Position numbers and translations under genes: made by a program. The notes under the pieces are model-generated. The model worked only from the letters and a program-made list of their open reading frames with translations. It had not been told where the DNA came from and did not search any database. Below, one piece after another: positions 1-9,500 of a DNA stretch of 24,057 bases (positions within the stretch are counted from its first letter, which is position 1; every line of letters begins with the position of its first letter). This DNA comes from a virus (taxonomy: Duplodnaviria; Caudoviricetes): positions 1 through 24,057 of the IMG/VR virus record IMGVR_UViG_3300032073_000244; one strand, given 5' to 3'.

Positions 1-1
1 T

Positions 2-2143
2 AAAGAAAAAGAAAGACTGTTAATCAGTACTAGTGGATTGAGAAGAGAAAGAACAGATAAGGGATCTAGTAATAACAGATTCTTTACCAGAGACTATCAT
101 ATAGACAATGTTAATATAGAAAGTTATATTTCTCCAAGTGTTGCTAACGGTGGTGCTAAATTTACTAATATGAGCTGTACAATATTTGAACCATATGGTG
201 CTACGCTTATTGAAAATTTAGTTAAAGCAAGTGTAAGTGATCCTATTAACGGCGAGTCGTATTTAGAAATGCCGTATATGTTTAGAATAAAATTTTTAGG
301 ATATGACGACCAAGGCAATCTTATTGATACTAGTGTATCGGCTGTAGGCGCCGAAGGAGAAGACTCAAAACAAAACACAGATAAAGGTACTAAACATTTA
401 GTTATGAAAATTGGTAATATCAATTTTAAAGTAACACCTGAAGGTACAGAATACGAATTTGAATTTTACAATTATAACGCTTTTGCTTTTGAAAATTATT
501 CTGGTGTATTAGAAAGTAATATACAAGTTAACTCAGGAACACTTGGAAGGTTTTTTGGAATGTCTAGTGTTGGCGAAGATGACAAAGATGGTATTGTTGA
601 ATTTGAAGTCGATTCACGGAATTTAGATAGCGTAGATATTGAACAAGGTTTTTATTCTGACAAGATTTTGAGAGATAGTGGAAAGACAACTTGGGACTAT
701 GTCAGTAATACAACTACTGCTAAAAATTTACCAGAAATTCTAAACTCTATACAATATAAAAAAACACAAAAAGACGACAAAGGTAAGACAGTACAAGACA
801 CAGCTGATACTTTTGAATTTATGCTAGATGCAGGTCAGTTTGATATTGATACAATTGATAGTTTCTTTGCTCACAAGATAGTAAAACCCGAATCATATGA
901 CGTAAACAATATTCCTGTTTACAACGAAAAGGTTTACGCCGCTTACGCCCAGTCACAAAAATTTAACAAATATATTCCTATTGAAGGTACTGATTCAGCA
1001 TTCCAATTATATGCTGGACAATCAATAATAGATGTTATTAGAGCTGTAATTCAAACTAGTACATTCATGACATCACAAGTTCAGTCAACATCTAGAATGG
1101 TTCAAACTGGAGTGCCTGGCGTTGGGGAAAGCGTAATTGAAGAAGTAACTTACAGTTTTGAGAACACACCAGAGAAACCATTAAAACTTTATAAAGTTGA
1201 GCCAATAGTAAAATTTGGTAAATGGGACGCTAAAAGAAGAACATATCAAAAGCATATCATTTATGTAATAGTATTATATACAGCTGAAGGAGAAATTCAA
1301 GAAGCTATGGGGAAATATGGTGTTACTGATTGTGTTAAACAATATGATTATTTGTATACTGGACAAAATAAAGATGTTTTAGAATTTGATTTACAATTTA
1401 AGGCAGGCGCCTTTGAACTAAATGAAATAGGTGAGTTTGCTAAATTTGGAATGCAAGACATTATTTCATCACAACACGAGATGGCTGTTGATGCTCATAT
1501 GAATAGAAATGCTGGAATTAATGCTTTTAATAAGCCAAGGAAAAATGTAAAATTAGATCAAAGCAAAGGTTCACAAGGCAATACGTCAGACTTCCCTACA
1601 ATGATTTCTAGAAATTTAATGTCTAGAATATATCAACGAGGCACTGATAAAATGGTTGCTGAAATGCAAATTATGGGAGACCCAACATTAATAACACAAG
1701 ATGAAGGGTTTGGTGGTAGAGCTCATGCTGGGCATTTTAGTTATAACGGTAGTATTAATACACATAAAGATCCTATTGTCTTAATAAACTTTCTTACTCC
1801 CCCAGATATAGAAGGAAACCCACAATCGCCACACGCTGGAACAATAACTTATAATGATCCTGTTGGGTCATCTGGTAATACAACTAGTGTGTTTAGTGGA
1901 TTTTATAAAATATTAACAATACAAACAAACATATCAGGAAACGAGTTTACACAAAATTTAACAATGGCTAGAATACCACAACAACAATATGACACACCAG
2001 ATGAATTCAAAGATATGCTAACTGAATCAGTAACTAAAGTTCCAGGTAAATCAACATATAGACGAGAACCTGTAACAACAGTTAAAGTTGATCAAAATAA
2101 AAGTAGTTCAACTAGTTACCGCGGCCCAGGAGGTCCTTACTAA
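2..2143 (+). CDS. Baseplate hub protein (T4 gp27 / Mu gp44-like), 5'-truncated by the window edge
   Basis: Frame is open from base 2 (KEKERLLISTSG-LRRE...), so the TTG at 38 is probably not the true start. C-terminal motifs AEMQIMGDPTLI...FSGFYKILTIQTNISGNEFTQNLTMAR resemble hub proteins. Lies directly upstream of the spike gene. Confidence 0.7.
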   Translation, partial: KEKERLLISTSGLRRERTDKGSSNNRFFTRDYHIDNVNIESYISPSVANGGAKFTNMSCTIFEPYGATLIENLVKASVSDPINGESYLEMPYMFRIKFLGYDDQGNLIDTSVSAVGAEGEDSKQNTDKGTKHLVMKIGNINFKVTPEGTEYEFEFYNYNAFAFENYSGVLESNIQVNSGTLGRFFGMSSVGEDDKDGIVEFEVDSRNLDSVDIEQGFYSDKILRDSGKTTWDYVSNTTTAKNLPEILNSIQYKKTQKDDKGKTVQDTADTFEFMLDAGQFDIDTIDSFFAHKIVKPESYDVNNIPVYNEKVYAAYAQSQKFNKYIPIEGTDSAFQLYAGQSIIDVIRAVIQTSTFMTSQVQSTSRMVQTGVPGVGESVIEEVTYSFENTPEKPLKLYKVEPIVKFGKWDAKRRTYQKHIIYVIVLYTAEGEIQEAMGKYGVTDCVKQYDYLYTGQNKDVLEFDLQFKAGAFELNEIGEFAKFGMQDIISSQHEMAVDAHMNRNAGINAFNKPRKNVKLDQSKGSQGNTSDFPTMISRNLMSRIYQRGTDKMVAEMQIMGDPTLITQDEGFGGRAHAGHFSYNGSINTHKDPIVLINFLTPPDIEGNPQSPHAGTITYNDPVGSSGNTTSVFSGFYKILTIQTNISGNEFTQNLTMARIPQQQYDTPDEFKDMLTESVTKVPGKSTYRREPVTTVKVDQNKSSSTSYRGPGGPY

Positions 2144-3705
2144 TGGCAAGGTACGTTTTTAAAACAGATCCTCAACAAGCCGGTGGTGCCTATAGAGCAG
2201 GTGAACTACCAGCTGGTCCATATATAGCAGAAGTAATGGCTGTTGGTGATCCATCAAAAAATAATAGAGTAGCAGTCGCTTTATTAGACCAAGGTAATGC
2301 TATTAATAGAAATGATCCGAGTACTTGGGTTGACGTTACTATTGCTTTACCTCACTATGGTGTTACATCATATCGCTCAGGAAGTTCAGGAAGATCTAAA
2401 GAAGAACATGATGCTGGTTCTAGTTATGGTATGACAGTATCTGAACCAGATGTTGGTACAAACTGTTTAGTTACATTTGCTAGTGGAAACAGAGCTCAAG
2501 GTTACATAATTGCTTTTATACCTAAACCATTTGTTAACGTTACAACAACCGGACGTGGTGTTGCTATGAATAAAGAAGAAATAGCTTTCACAGAATCGGA
2601 TAAAGAAGAATGGTACAATACTGGTATAGAATTTCCAGTACTAGAAAAGAATTTTAAATCCATTAGTTCTCCAACTATGGGTGCTTTGTCTAAAGTTAAG
2701 TATGCGTTTGATAGACTAATGACTAGGATACTTTATGCTCAAGGGTTATTATTTGATACCATTAGAGGAACAACAAGTTCTAGTATGGCTAGACAGGCTC
2801 CAAAAGGTATTGTTGGTATGTCATCAAAAGGAAGACCAATACCAGATCCGGCAGACGATTCAGAATTATTAGCAAAGTGGGAAAAACAACCATTTGGATT
2901 AAGTGCTAGTGAATTAGATATTTTAAACAGAAAGCCCGGGCATTCATTTACAATGGACGACGGTGAATTAAGTGGTGAAAATAATTTAATAAGATTACGC
3001 TCTGGTAAAGGAGCTCAAATATTAATTAATGATGAAAAAGATTTAATCTATGTTGGCAACCAAGCAGGAACTTCTTGGATTGAGATGACAAAGTCAGGTA
3101 AGATAGATATTTTTGCCGGTGACTCAATGAGTTTACATACACACGGTGACTTTAATTTAACGGCAGATAGAAACTTCAACCTAAGTGTTGGTGGATCAGT
3201 TAATATTGGTGCTGGTGGGAAATTTGTATCACAGTCAGCATTATCTACAAACTTAACAGCAGGCACAACATTAAAAACAAATGCCGGGCAAAGTACAACA
3301 ATGAATAGTGGAACATTCTTTGCCAACTATGCTGAAACAAATCAAACAATGGTAGCACAAGGAACAACTAACATTGTTAGTAAAGGTATTATGTCTTTAC
3401 ACGGAACAGCTGATATCGGTATAGAAGCAGATGGCGGAAATATTTTAACCAAAGCTACACAAATTCATCTTAATTCTAGTAGCAATCCTCCAGTAGCTCA
3501 TACAGCCGACATACCGTTACAGGCCGACACAGCATTACCAACAGCTAGAGTACCACAACATGAACCTTGGGATCAACATGAAGATTTAGACCCTGTGGCA
3601 TTTACAGTTGACAAAACAATGGCAGGAACAGAACAACAAAGTGTCTTTATAGACAACAACGGTGTAGTACAATATACACAAGGTAATAAGTCAGGAGCAC
3701 AATAA
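2143..3705 (+). CDS. gp5: Baseplate central spike (gp5/VgrG-like): N-terminal OB fold plus C-terminal beta-helix, no lysozyme domain
   Basis: OB-fold signature GPYIAEV..VGDP..NNRVAV...PDVGTNCLVTF..G; spike motif GHSFTMDDG...IRLRSGKGAQILIND...SWIEM...GKIDI followed by short beta-strand repeats. SD AGGAGGT at 2128-2134 and TAATG overlap with the upstream gene. Confidence 0.88.
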   Translation: MARYVFKTDPQQAGGAYRAGELPAGPYIAEVMAVGDPSKNNRVAVALLDQGNAINRNDPSTWVDVTIALPHYGVTSYRSGSSGRSKEEHDAGSSYGMTVSEPDVGTNCLVTFASGNRAQGYIIAFIPKPFVNVTTTGRGVAMNKEEIAFTESDKEEWYNTGIEFPVLEKNFKSISSPTMGALSKVKYAFDRLMTRILYAQGLLFDTIRGTTSSSMARQAPKGIVGMSSKGRPIPDPADDSELLAKWEKQPFGLSASELDILNRKPGHSFTMDDGELSGENNLIRLRSGKGAQILINDEKDLIYVGNQAGTSWIEMTKSGKIDIFAGDSMSLHTHGDFNLTADRNFNLSVGGSVNIGAGGKFVSQSALSTNLTAGTTLKTNAGQSTTMNSGTFFANYAETNQTMVAQGTTNIVSKGIMSLHGTADIGIEADGGNILTKATQIHLNSSSNPPVAHTADIPLQADTALPTARVPQHEPWDQHEDLDPVAFTVDKTMAGTEQQSVFIDNNGVVQYTQGNKSGAQ

Positions 3706-4550
3706 TGGCAGTTATAGTACCAACAAGTAATTGGAAAAAAGACGAAGAAACATATTCAGCGTTTGAAACTTATTATATTACTCCTCCTAATAACACTTAT
3801 AGACCAATAAGCACAGGCGAAACTAATTATATTTCATCTAAAAGTGTAACATATACACAATCAGATTACACAGGCGGAGAAGTAGGTGTTACTGGTAACG
3901 GCGACGTACCTCAATTTAATCATATACCTGAATCAATTACACCAGCTGACGCTGAAGCTCCAAGATCAAATGACAAAATAGAATGGGGCGATGGTAGTGC
4001 TGATAAAAAAGTAGCAACAACAACAGGTGCTTGGGGAGATTTAGAAGGTGTACTTATGGGACACTTAGGTCAAGCCAAAGGAGGTGGGTGGTCAGAAAGT
4101 CCGTCAAACAGAGGAGCAAACATTGATAAGTGTGTAGCATGGACAAGATTAAATCCTACAGGAAGTTATCCATGGTGTGCGGCCTATGTTAGTTGGGCAT
4201 TAGATCAAGCCGGCATAGCCACAATGAGATCAGCTAGTAGTCAAGCATGGAAGGGCTACGGTATTGAAATAGGTGTTGGCAACTGGAATAATGTTAGAAA
4301 AAATGATATCATCATTTTAAGCTACGGTGGAGGATCTGGACACATAGGATTCTTTAGAGGTTATAATAAAAAAACAAGAAGAGTAAATATCTTAGGAGGT
4401 AACCAAGGAAACAATTTATGTATTAAAAGTTTTAGTACTGCTAAGATTACTTCTATTAAACGAAACTGGTCTTTACCTAGTAATGTAAATTCTCCTTTGT
4501 TTATAGAAACTGACGCTTCAAAAGGCGGCGGATTTGAGGATACGAGATAA
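3705..4550 (+). CDS. Putative virion-associated peptidoglycan hydrolase, CHAP/NlpC-P60 (TIGR02594-like) domain after a ~110-aa N-terminal extension
   Basis: Catalytic Cys in PWCAAYVSWAL, His in GSGHIGFF, and ILGGNQGN motif. SD AGGAG at 3693-3697, TAATG overlap. Located between spike and PAAR. Confidence 0.85.
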   Translation: MAVIVPTSNWKKDEETYSAFETYYITPPNNTYRPISTGETNYISSKSVTYTQSDYTGGEVGVTGNGDVPQFNHIPESITPADAEAPRSNDKIEWGDGSADKKVATTTGAWGDLEGVLMGHLGQAKGGGWSESPSNRGANIDKCVAWTRLNPTGSYPWCAAYVSWALDQAGIATMRSASSQAWKGYGIEIGVGNWNNVRKNDIIILSYGGGSGHIGFFRGYNKKTRRVNILGGNQGNNLCIKSFSTAKITSIKRNWSLPSNVNSPLFIETDASKGGGFEDTR

Positions 4551-4861
4551 TGCCATTAATAGCAAGAACAAAAGGATCAGGAGATACTGTTAATACAGTC
4601 CATGATGTTTGTGTAGCACCTGGTACTATTCTAACAGAATCAGGAAGTTCAGATGTATTTGTTGTTGATCATGGTATACACAGACTTGACGACCTAAACG
4701 AAGCACATACACATTGTCCACCAGTATATTCAACAGCTATAGTAAGTGCTAGTTCAAATGTTTTTGCTAATGATAAAGCTGTAGCAAGAGTTGGTGATAC
4801 TTATTCCTGTGATGCTAGAGTTGATGCTGTAACACAAACAACAGTATTTGCTAATGAATAA
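4550..4861 (+). CDS. PAAR-repeat spike tip protein (T4 gp5.4-like)
   Basis: 103 aa with three PAAR-type repeats (PLIAR..GD, GIHRLDD, AVARVGD), GSSDVFV / SSNVFAN strands, and His/Cys candidates for metal binding (H18, H53, H55, C87). Confidence 0.9.
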   Translation: MPLIARTKGSGDTVNTVHDVCVAPGTILTESGSSDVFVVDHGIHRLDDLNEAHTHCPPVYSTAIVSASSNVFANDKAVARVGDTYSCDARVDAVTQTTVFANE

Positions 4862-4863
4862 TC

Positions 4864-4881
4864 TGTGGCATTTTTGCCACA
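4864..4881. terminator. Hairpin between convergent genes, possible bidirectional terminator or RNA-stabilising stem
   Basis: TGTGGCA-TTTT-TGCCACA: perfect 7-bp stem with 4-nt loop, filling most of the 21-bp gap. No clear U-tract on either strand. Confidence 0.55.
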
Positions 4882-4882
4882 A

Positions 4883-6061
4883 CTAAATTTCTTCTCTATT
4901 GGTACTTGCCTGCCAGGCTTTTTGACTTACACCACCACCACACATTTCTTGACATTCGTAAGTACAAAGTTTGTGACTAGGATCTTTCCAGGTCATAGGT
5001 AATATTTTCTGAAAGTATTCGTGGTTGAATATTTCTTCTGGTGTATGTTTAGCTAAACTATTCCAACCCTCCCCATACTCTTTTTCGAGTTTATTAAAGT
5101 GGGTCATATCTTCTTGTTTAGTGGCCGCAATATGGTTACAAGGCCATAATAAAAATTCAGCATCTATATACATCATTCTATCTTCTTTAAAATCACAACT
5201 AATAGTCGATAAGTCAGAAGATTCAACAACTTCTTTGTAAATCTTTGCTCCTTCTTCAGTAATGTTTAATTCTGTTTTGGTATCTGACTCTTGTTGCTCT
5301 ATTCCTTTTCTAATCTTTGCTACTTTTTTAATATCTGTTTCAACTTCAATGCTAGGCAACAGTTCTTCTATTACTTCATCTTTAGGTAAATGAGCTAATG
5401 CTTCTTTATTTTTCTTTTCAAGTTCAGCATGATTGTATTCAAAGTTTCTAGTAGAAACGTGTTTATCAAACTCCCAAAAACCCATATCTTTTGCTAACTG
5501 TCTAGCTTCTTCTACTTGATGTTCGTTATGTTTGAATACAATAAATTTCCAACGAGCTTTGCCACCGGCATCTATATATGCTTTAGCATTGGCCATTACT
5601 TTATCATGTTTAACACCAATCCTATATAACTTATTAGTATCTTCTAACCCGTCGATACTAAATGTTATAACTTTTTCCATTTCAGGATATTTTTTCTCGC
5701 CTTCTGCCATTGCTTTGCCAACTCTAGCCCAGCTTTCAGCTGATTGTATACTGCCATTTGTTTCTACATCAATTATATAAGGACGTTTTGCTGTTTCAAT
5801 TATAATATCTTCCCAGTCGGGTGTCATACAAGGATCACCATGACATCCACAAAATACCATATTACATGGATTATTTTCAGTAACAATGCTATCCATATTC
5901 TCTAAAAACTTAATCCATTGTGGTGATCGTATGTGTCTTTGTCGTAAACCAGGTGTTAGTACACTGGTTCCCATGATATGTCTAGGGCATAACGGACAGG
6001 CTAAGTTACAATAGCTTGACGTTTCTACCTGAAAACTGTTAATATTTTTAAAATCGAACAT
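4883..6061 (-). CDS. Radical SAM protein with C-terminal Cys-rich SPASM/twitch-like domain; substrate unknown
   Basis: CxxxCxxC (CNLACPLC, aa 18-25), GGEP-equivalent CGCHGDP, ETNGS, FSIDG, then ISC...LWPC...CTYECQEMC. Confidence 0.93.
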   Translation of the reverse strand: MFDFKNINSFQVETSSYCNLACPLCPRHIMGTSVLTPGLRQRHIRSPQWIKFLENMDSIVTENNPCNMVFCGCHGDPCMTPDWEDIIIETAKRPYIIDVETNGSIQSAESWARVGKAMAEGEKKYPEMEKVITFSIDGLEDTNKLYRIGVKHDKVMANAKAYIDAGGKARWKFIVFKHNEHQVEEARQLAKDMGFWEFDKHVSTRNFEYNHAELEKKNKEALAHLPKDEVIEELLPSIEVETDIKKVAKIRKGIEQQESDTKTELNITEEGAKIYKEVVESSDLSTISCDFKEDRMMYIDAEFLLWPCNHIAATKQEDMTHFNKLEKEYGEGWNSLAKHTPEEIFNHEYFQKILPMTWKDPSHKLCTYECQEMCGGGVSQKAWQASTNREEI

Positions 6062-6090
6062 ACAAATTATATACTCACTTAATGATTACG

Positions 6091-6103
6091 ATAAATATTT
6101 ATA
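6091..6103. promoter_or_regulatory. Divergent overlapping T4-type late promoters
   Basis: Palindrome ATAAATATTTAT (6091-6102). + strand ATAAATA at 6091-6097 faces gp25; - strand TATAAATA at 6103-6096 matches the T4 late consensus exactly and faces the radical SAM gene. Confidence 0.65.
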
Positions 6104-6540
6104 TGAGTACATACAGAGGCTTTTCAACAAATGGAAGTGATTTTGCTTCAGTTACCTTAACCGACTATAGATTAGTTAAACAAGACTTAATTAACAATCT
6201 TAATGTTAGAAAAGGCGAAAGAGTTATGCGACCGGATTATGGTTGTGTAATATGGGATATGTTATTTGATCCGTTTACTGAAGAAGCTCACGCTTTAATT
6301 GTTGATAATATTACAGCTATAGCAGGATCTGATCCTAGGTTAGAAATACTAGAAGTAGTTCCTACAAGTTATGAGCATGGAATACAGGTTTCTATAACAC
6401 TTAAATACATTCCTACTAACCAGGTTGAAGATATGCTACTTACATTTAATCAAGAGGCGGCTAACGTCACAAGTAATACAGTAATAGATAATAATAATTC
6501 AGGATCAGAAACATCGGGAGCATCAGCAAGTGGCTACTAG
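6103..6540 (+). CDS. gp25: Baseplate wedge subunit / sheath initiator gp25
   Basis: YRGFS...LVKQDLINNLNVRKGERVMRPDYGCVIWDMLFDP...DPRL is the GPW/gp25 signature. Start moved from 6082 to the in-frame ATG at 6103 because 6082-6102 contains the promoter motif. Confidence 0.93.
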   Translation: MSTYRGFSTNGSDFASVTLTDYRLVKQDLINNLNVRKGERVMRPDYGCVIWDMLFDPFTEEAHALIVDNITAIAGSDPRLEILEVVPTSYEHGIQVSITLKYIPTNQVEDMLLTFNQEAANVTSNTVIDNNNSGSETSGASASGY

Positions 6541-9500
6541 TACAAGACAAACAAATTTATTTGTCAGCGAAAACTGGCAGAAGGTATATCAGACATTTAA
6601 AAGTGCTGACTTTCAAAGCTATGACTTTGAAACGTTAAGAACTACAATGATATCATACCTAAGGAAACAATTTCCTGAGGACTTTAACGACTTTACTGAA
6701 AGCTCAGAGTATATTGCTCTTATTGACTTAATTGCTTTCTTTGGGCAGTCATTAGCATACAGACAAGATTTAAACGCTAGAGAAAACTTTTTAGAAACAG
6801 CACAAAGACGTGACTCAATTCTTAGATTGGCTAACTTGCTATCTTATCAGCCAAAAAGAAATACACCAGCTAGTGGATTACTAAAAATTACTAGTATTAG
6901 TACAACAGAAGAAATTTACGATTCTAATAATAATAATTTAAGTGAACGAACAATATTTTGGAATGACCCAGTTAATTCAGATTACGAAGAACAGTACAAC
7001 ACTATTGTTAACGCGGCATTGGCATCAGCACAAAGAGTTGGTAAACCAGCATTAGAAAAAACTCTTGGCAATATTAAAACACAACAGTACGAGCTTAACC
7101 TTATACCAGGAACACAACCGTACTTGCCATTTAATGCTACAGTTAACTCAGGAGAATTTACTTTTGAATTAGTTAATGGAACAATTTCAGGACAAGATTA
7201 CATTTACGAAAAAGCACCTGTGCCAGGATCAACTTATAATTTGTTATATAGAACAGATGGCAAAGGCAATGCTTCAACAAACACAGGATTTTTTGCTTAC
7301 TTTAAACAAGGCGAGTTAGGACAAACTGATTTTGAATTAACTTCAGGGTTACCTAACTTAACATTTGATTTGGACTTTGATAATATTAATAACACAGACG
7401 TTTGGTTGTATGCTATTAATAATGATGGGTCATTAGGCAACGAGTGGACTAAAGTTCCTGCTGTAAATGGATCGAATGTTATCTACAATAGTTTAAGTCA
7501 GTCAAACAGAAAATTATACTCAGTAGAATCAAAAGTTAATGATCAAATTAAATTAGTATTTGGTGACGGTGTTTTTGCTGACATACCAAAAGGTAGATTT
7601 AGATGTTACTACAGACAAAGTGCTGGAACAACTTACGCTTTAAAAAGCAACGACATTAGAGACGTACAATTAAGTTTCAACTACGTTAGTAGAAATAATC
7701 AACAAGAAACTATGACACTTTCTTTGAGTCTTGAACAAGGTGTTAACACAGCAAGTAGAAATGAATCGTTATCTAGAATTAAATCATTAGCACCTCAGGC
7801 CTACTATACACAAAACAGAATGATTAATGGTGAAGATTACAACATCTACCCATTAACAAGATTTACAAGTATTATTAAATCAAAAGCTGTTAACAGAGCG
7901 TCAAGTGGTATTAGTAGATTCTTAGACGTTAAAGATAACACAGGCAAATTTAGTAGTACAAACATTTTTAGTGATGACGGTGTGTTCTATAAAGAATATA
8001 CAAACAAAAAAGACACATTTAGTTTTACAAACGATAACGAAATTATTAATACAATTAAAACTGTATTAGAACCAAATATTGCTAGTAAAGAAATGTATCA
8101 CTTTTACTTAGATAAATTTGCTCCAAAGAATTTTACAACTACAGCTAAATGGGTACAAGTTTCAGCAACAGCGACAACTTGTACTGGATATTTTATTAAT
8201 GAGAATAATGAAGTGTTACAAATTAGCAACACTACAAACTTAAATCAATACCTATCACTTAACAGCATGATTAAGTTTTTACCAACAACTGGCTATCATT
8301 TTATGAAGAATGGTTCTATGATGCTTGGAACAGATACAACTCACTTAGGATCAAGTTCAGACATTTGGTCATCTATAATGTTAATAGACAATGACGGTAT
8401 TGGTACAAAGGGTGAAGGATTTAAAGCAACAGGCGTTGGTGCTGTAACACTTAACGAAGTAGTTCCAACAGGAGCAACAGTCGAAAAAGCATTTCCTAAA
8501 TGGGTAAGTGATTTACCTGTAGCGTTAGAAACAACAATTAAAAATGATATTAAAGAGTATAAAGACTTTGGGTTAAGATACGATTATAATACAGCTACTT
8601 GGCATATAATTACATCAGACAACCTTGCTATTGATAAAGAATACAATGACAGTAATACAGGTTCATCAACTGGTGCTAAATTAGATGCTAGTTGGATGAT
8701 ACAATTTACAACTAATGGCGAAACTTATACTATGAGAAGTAGACAACTTGATTACTACTTTGCTAGTAGAGAAGAAACAAGATTTTACTTTGATAAGTCA
8801 GTTAAGATTTATGATAGTGTAACTGGTAGTACAATAAAAGATAGATGTACAGTTTTAAAAATTAATAATAAACCAGATAACCATACAGCACTAGAGCGTG
8901 ATTATGCTTTGGATATTACAGATATGGTAACTGAAGTAGATGGTTACAAAGATAACACAAAAGTTAAAGTAACATTTGGTGATGCTGATAACGATAGTGT
9001 TACAGATAATCCAGAAATGTTTTCTAAAATTGTTGGAACAGACGATGCTACTGGATCAGCAAAAGATAGAAAACTAGTATTCTTTAAACGATTCTTTGAC
9101 TATGATAATATTGAACGTTATCAGCCTATAGTAGATTCAACTATCAATCACGAATACAAAACATTAAAAGAAGTATCAGCAGTAATAAACTTGTTCAATG
9201 AAGGGCAAGTATTTTATCTTGTATCGGAAAACAAATTTGTAGAATTAATCAGAGATAATACAAATACTTTAATTACTACTTCTCCTGTTTCTCCAGGCAC
9301 AGAAATTAATTCTGGAAATGTTTTACCAGCTGTTAAAAATGCTTATAAAGTATTTGTTGGAAGAAACGATTTAAAATTCCAATACAAACATAATGCTCCT
9401 AATAATAGGCGTATTGATCCAAGCCCAAGTAATATTATTGATATGTATATATTAACCCAAGCATACTCAGACGCTTACAGAGAGTGGATTCTAGATTCAA

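Noticed and set aside
3685-3707. Programmed -1 frameshift fusing gp5 to the CHAP protein
   Set aside because: The CHAP frame has a TAA at 3687-3689, leaving only five codons of overlap, and no slippery heptamer is present.
6082-6102. gp25 N-terminal extension MITINIY from the ORF track
   Set aside because: It is the translation of the promoter palindrome region; the family-like sequence begins at MSTYRGFS (6103).
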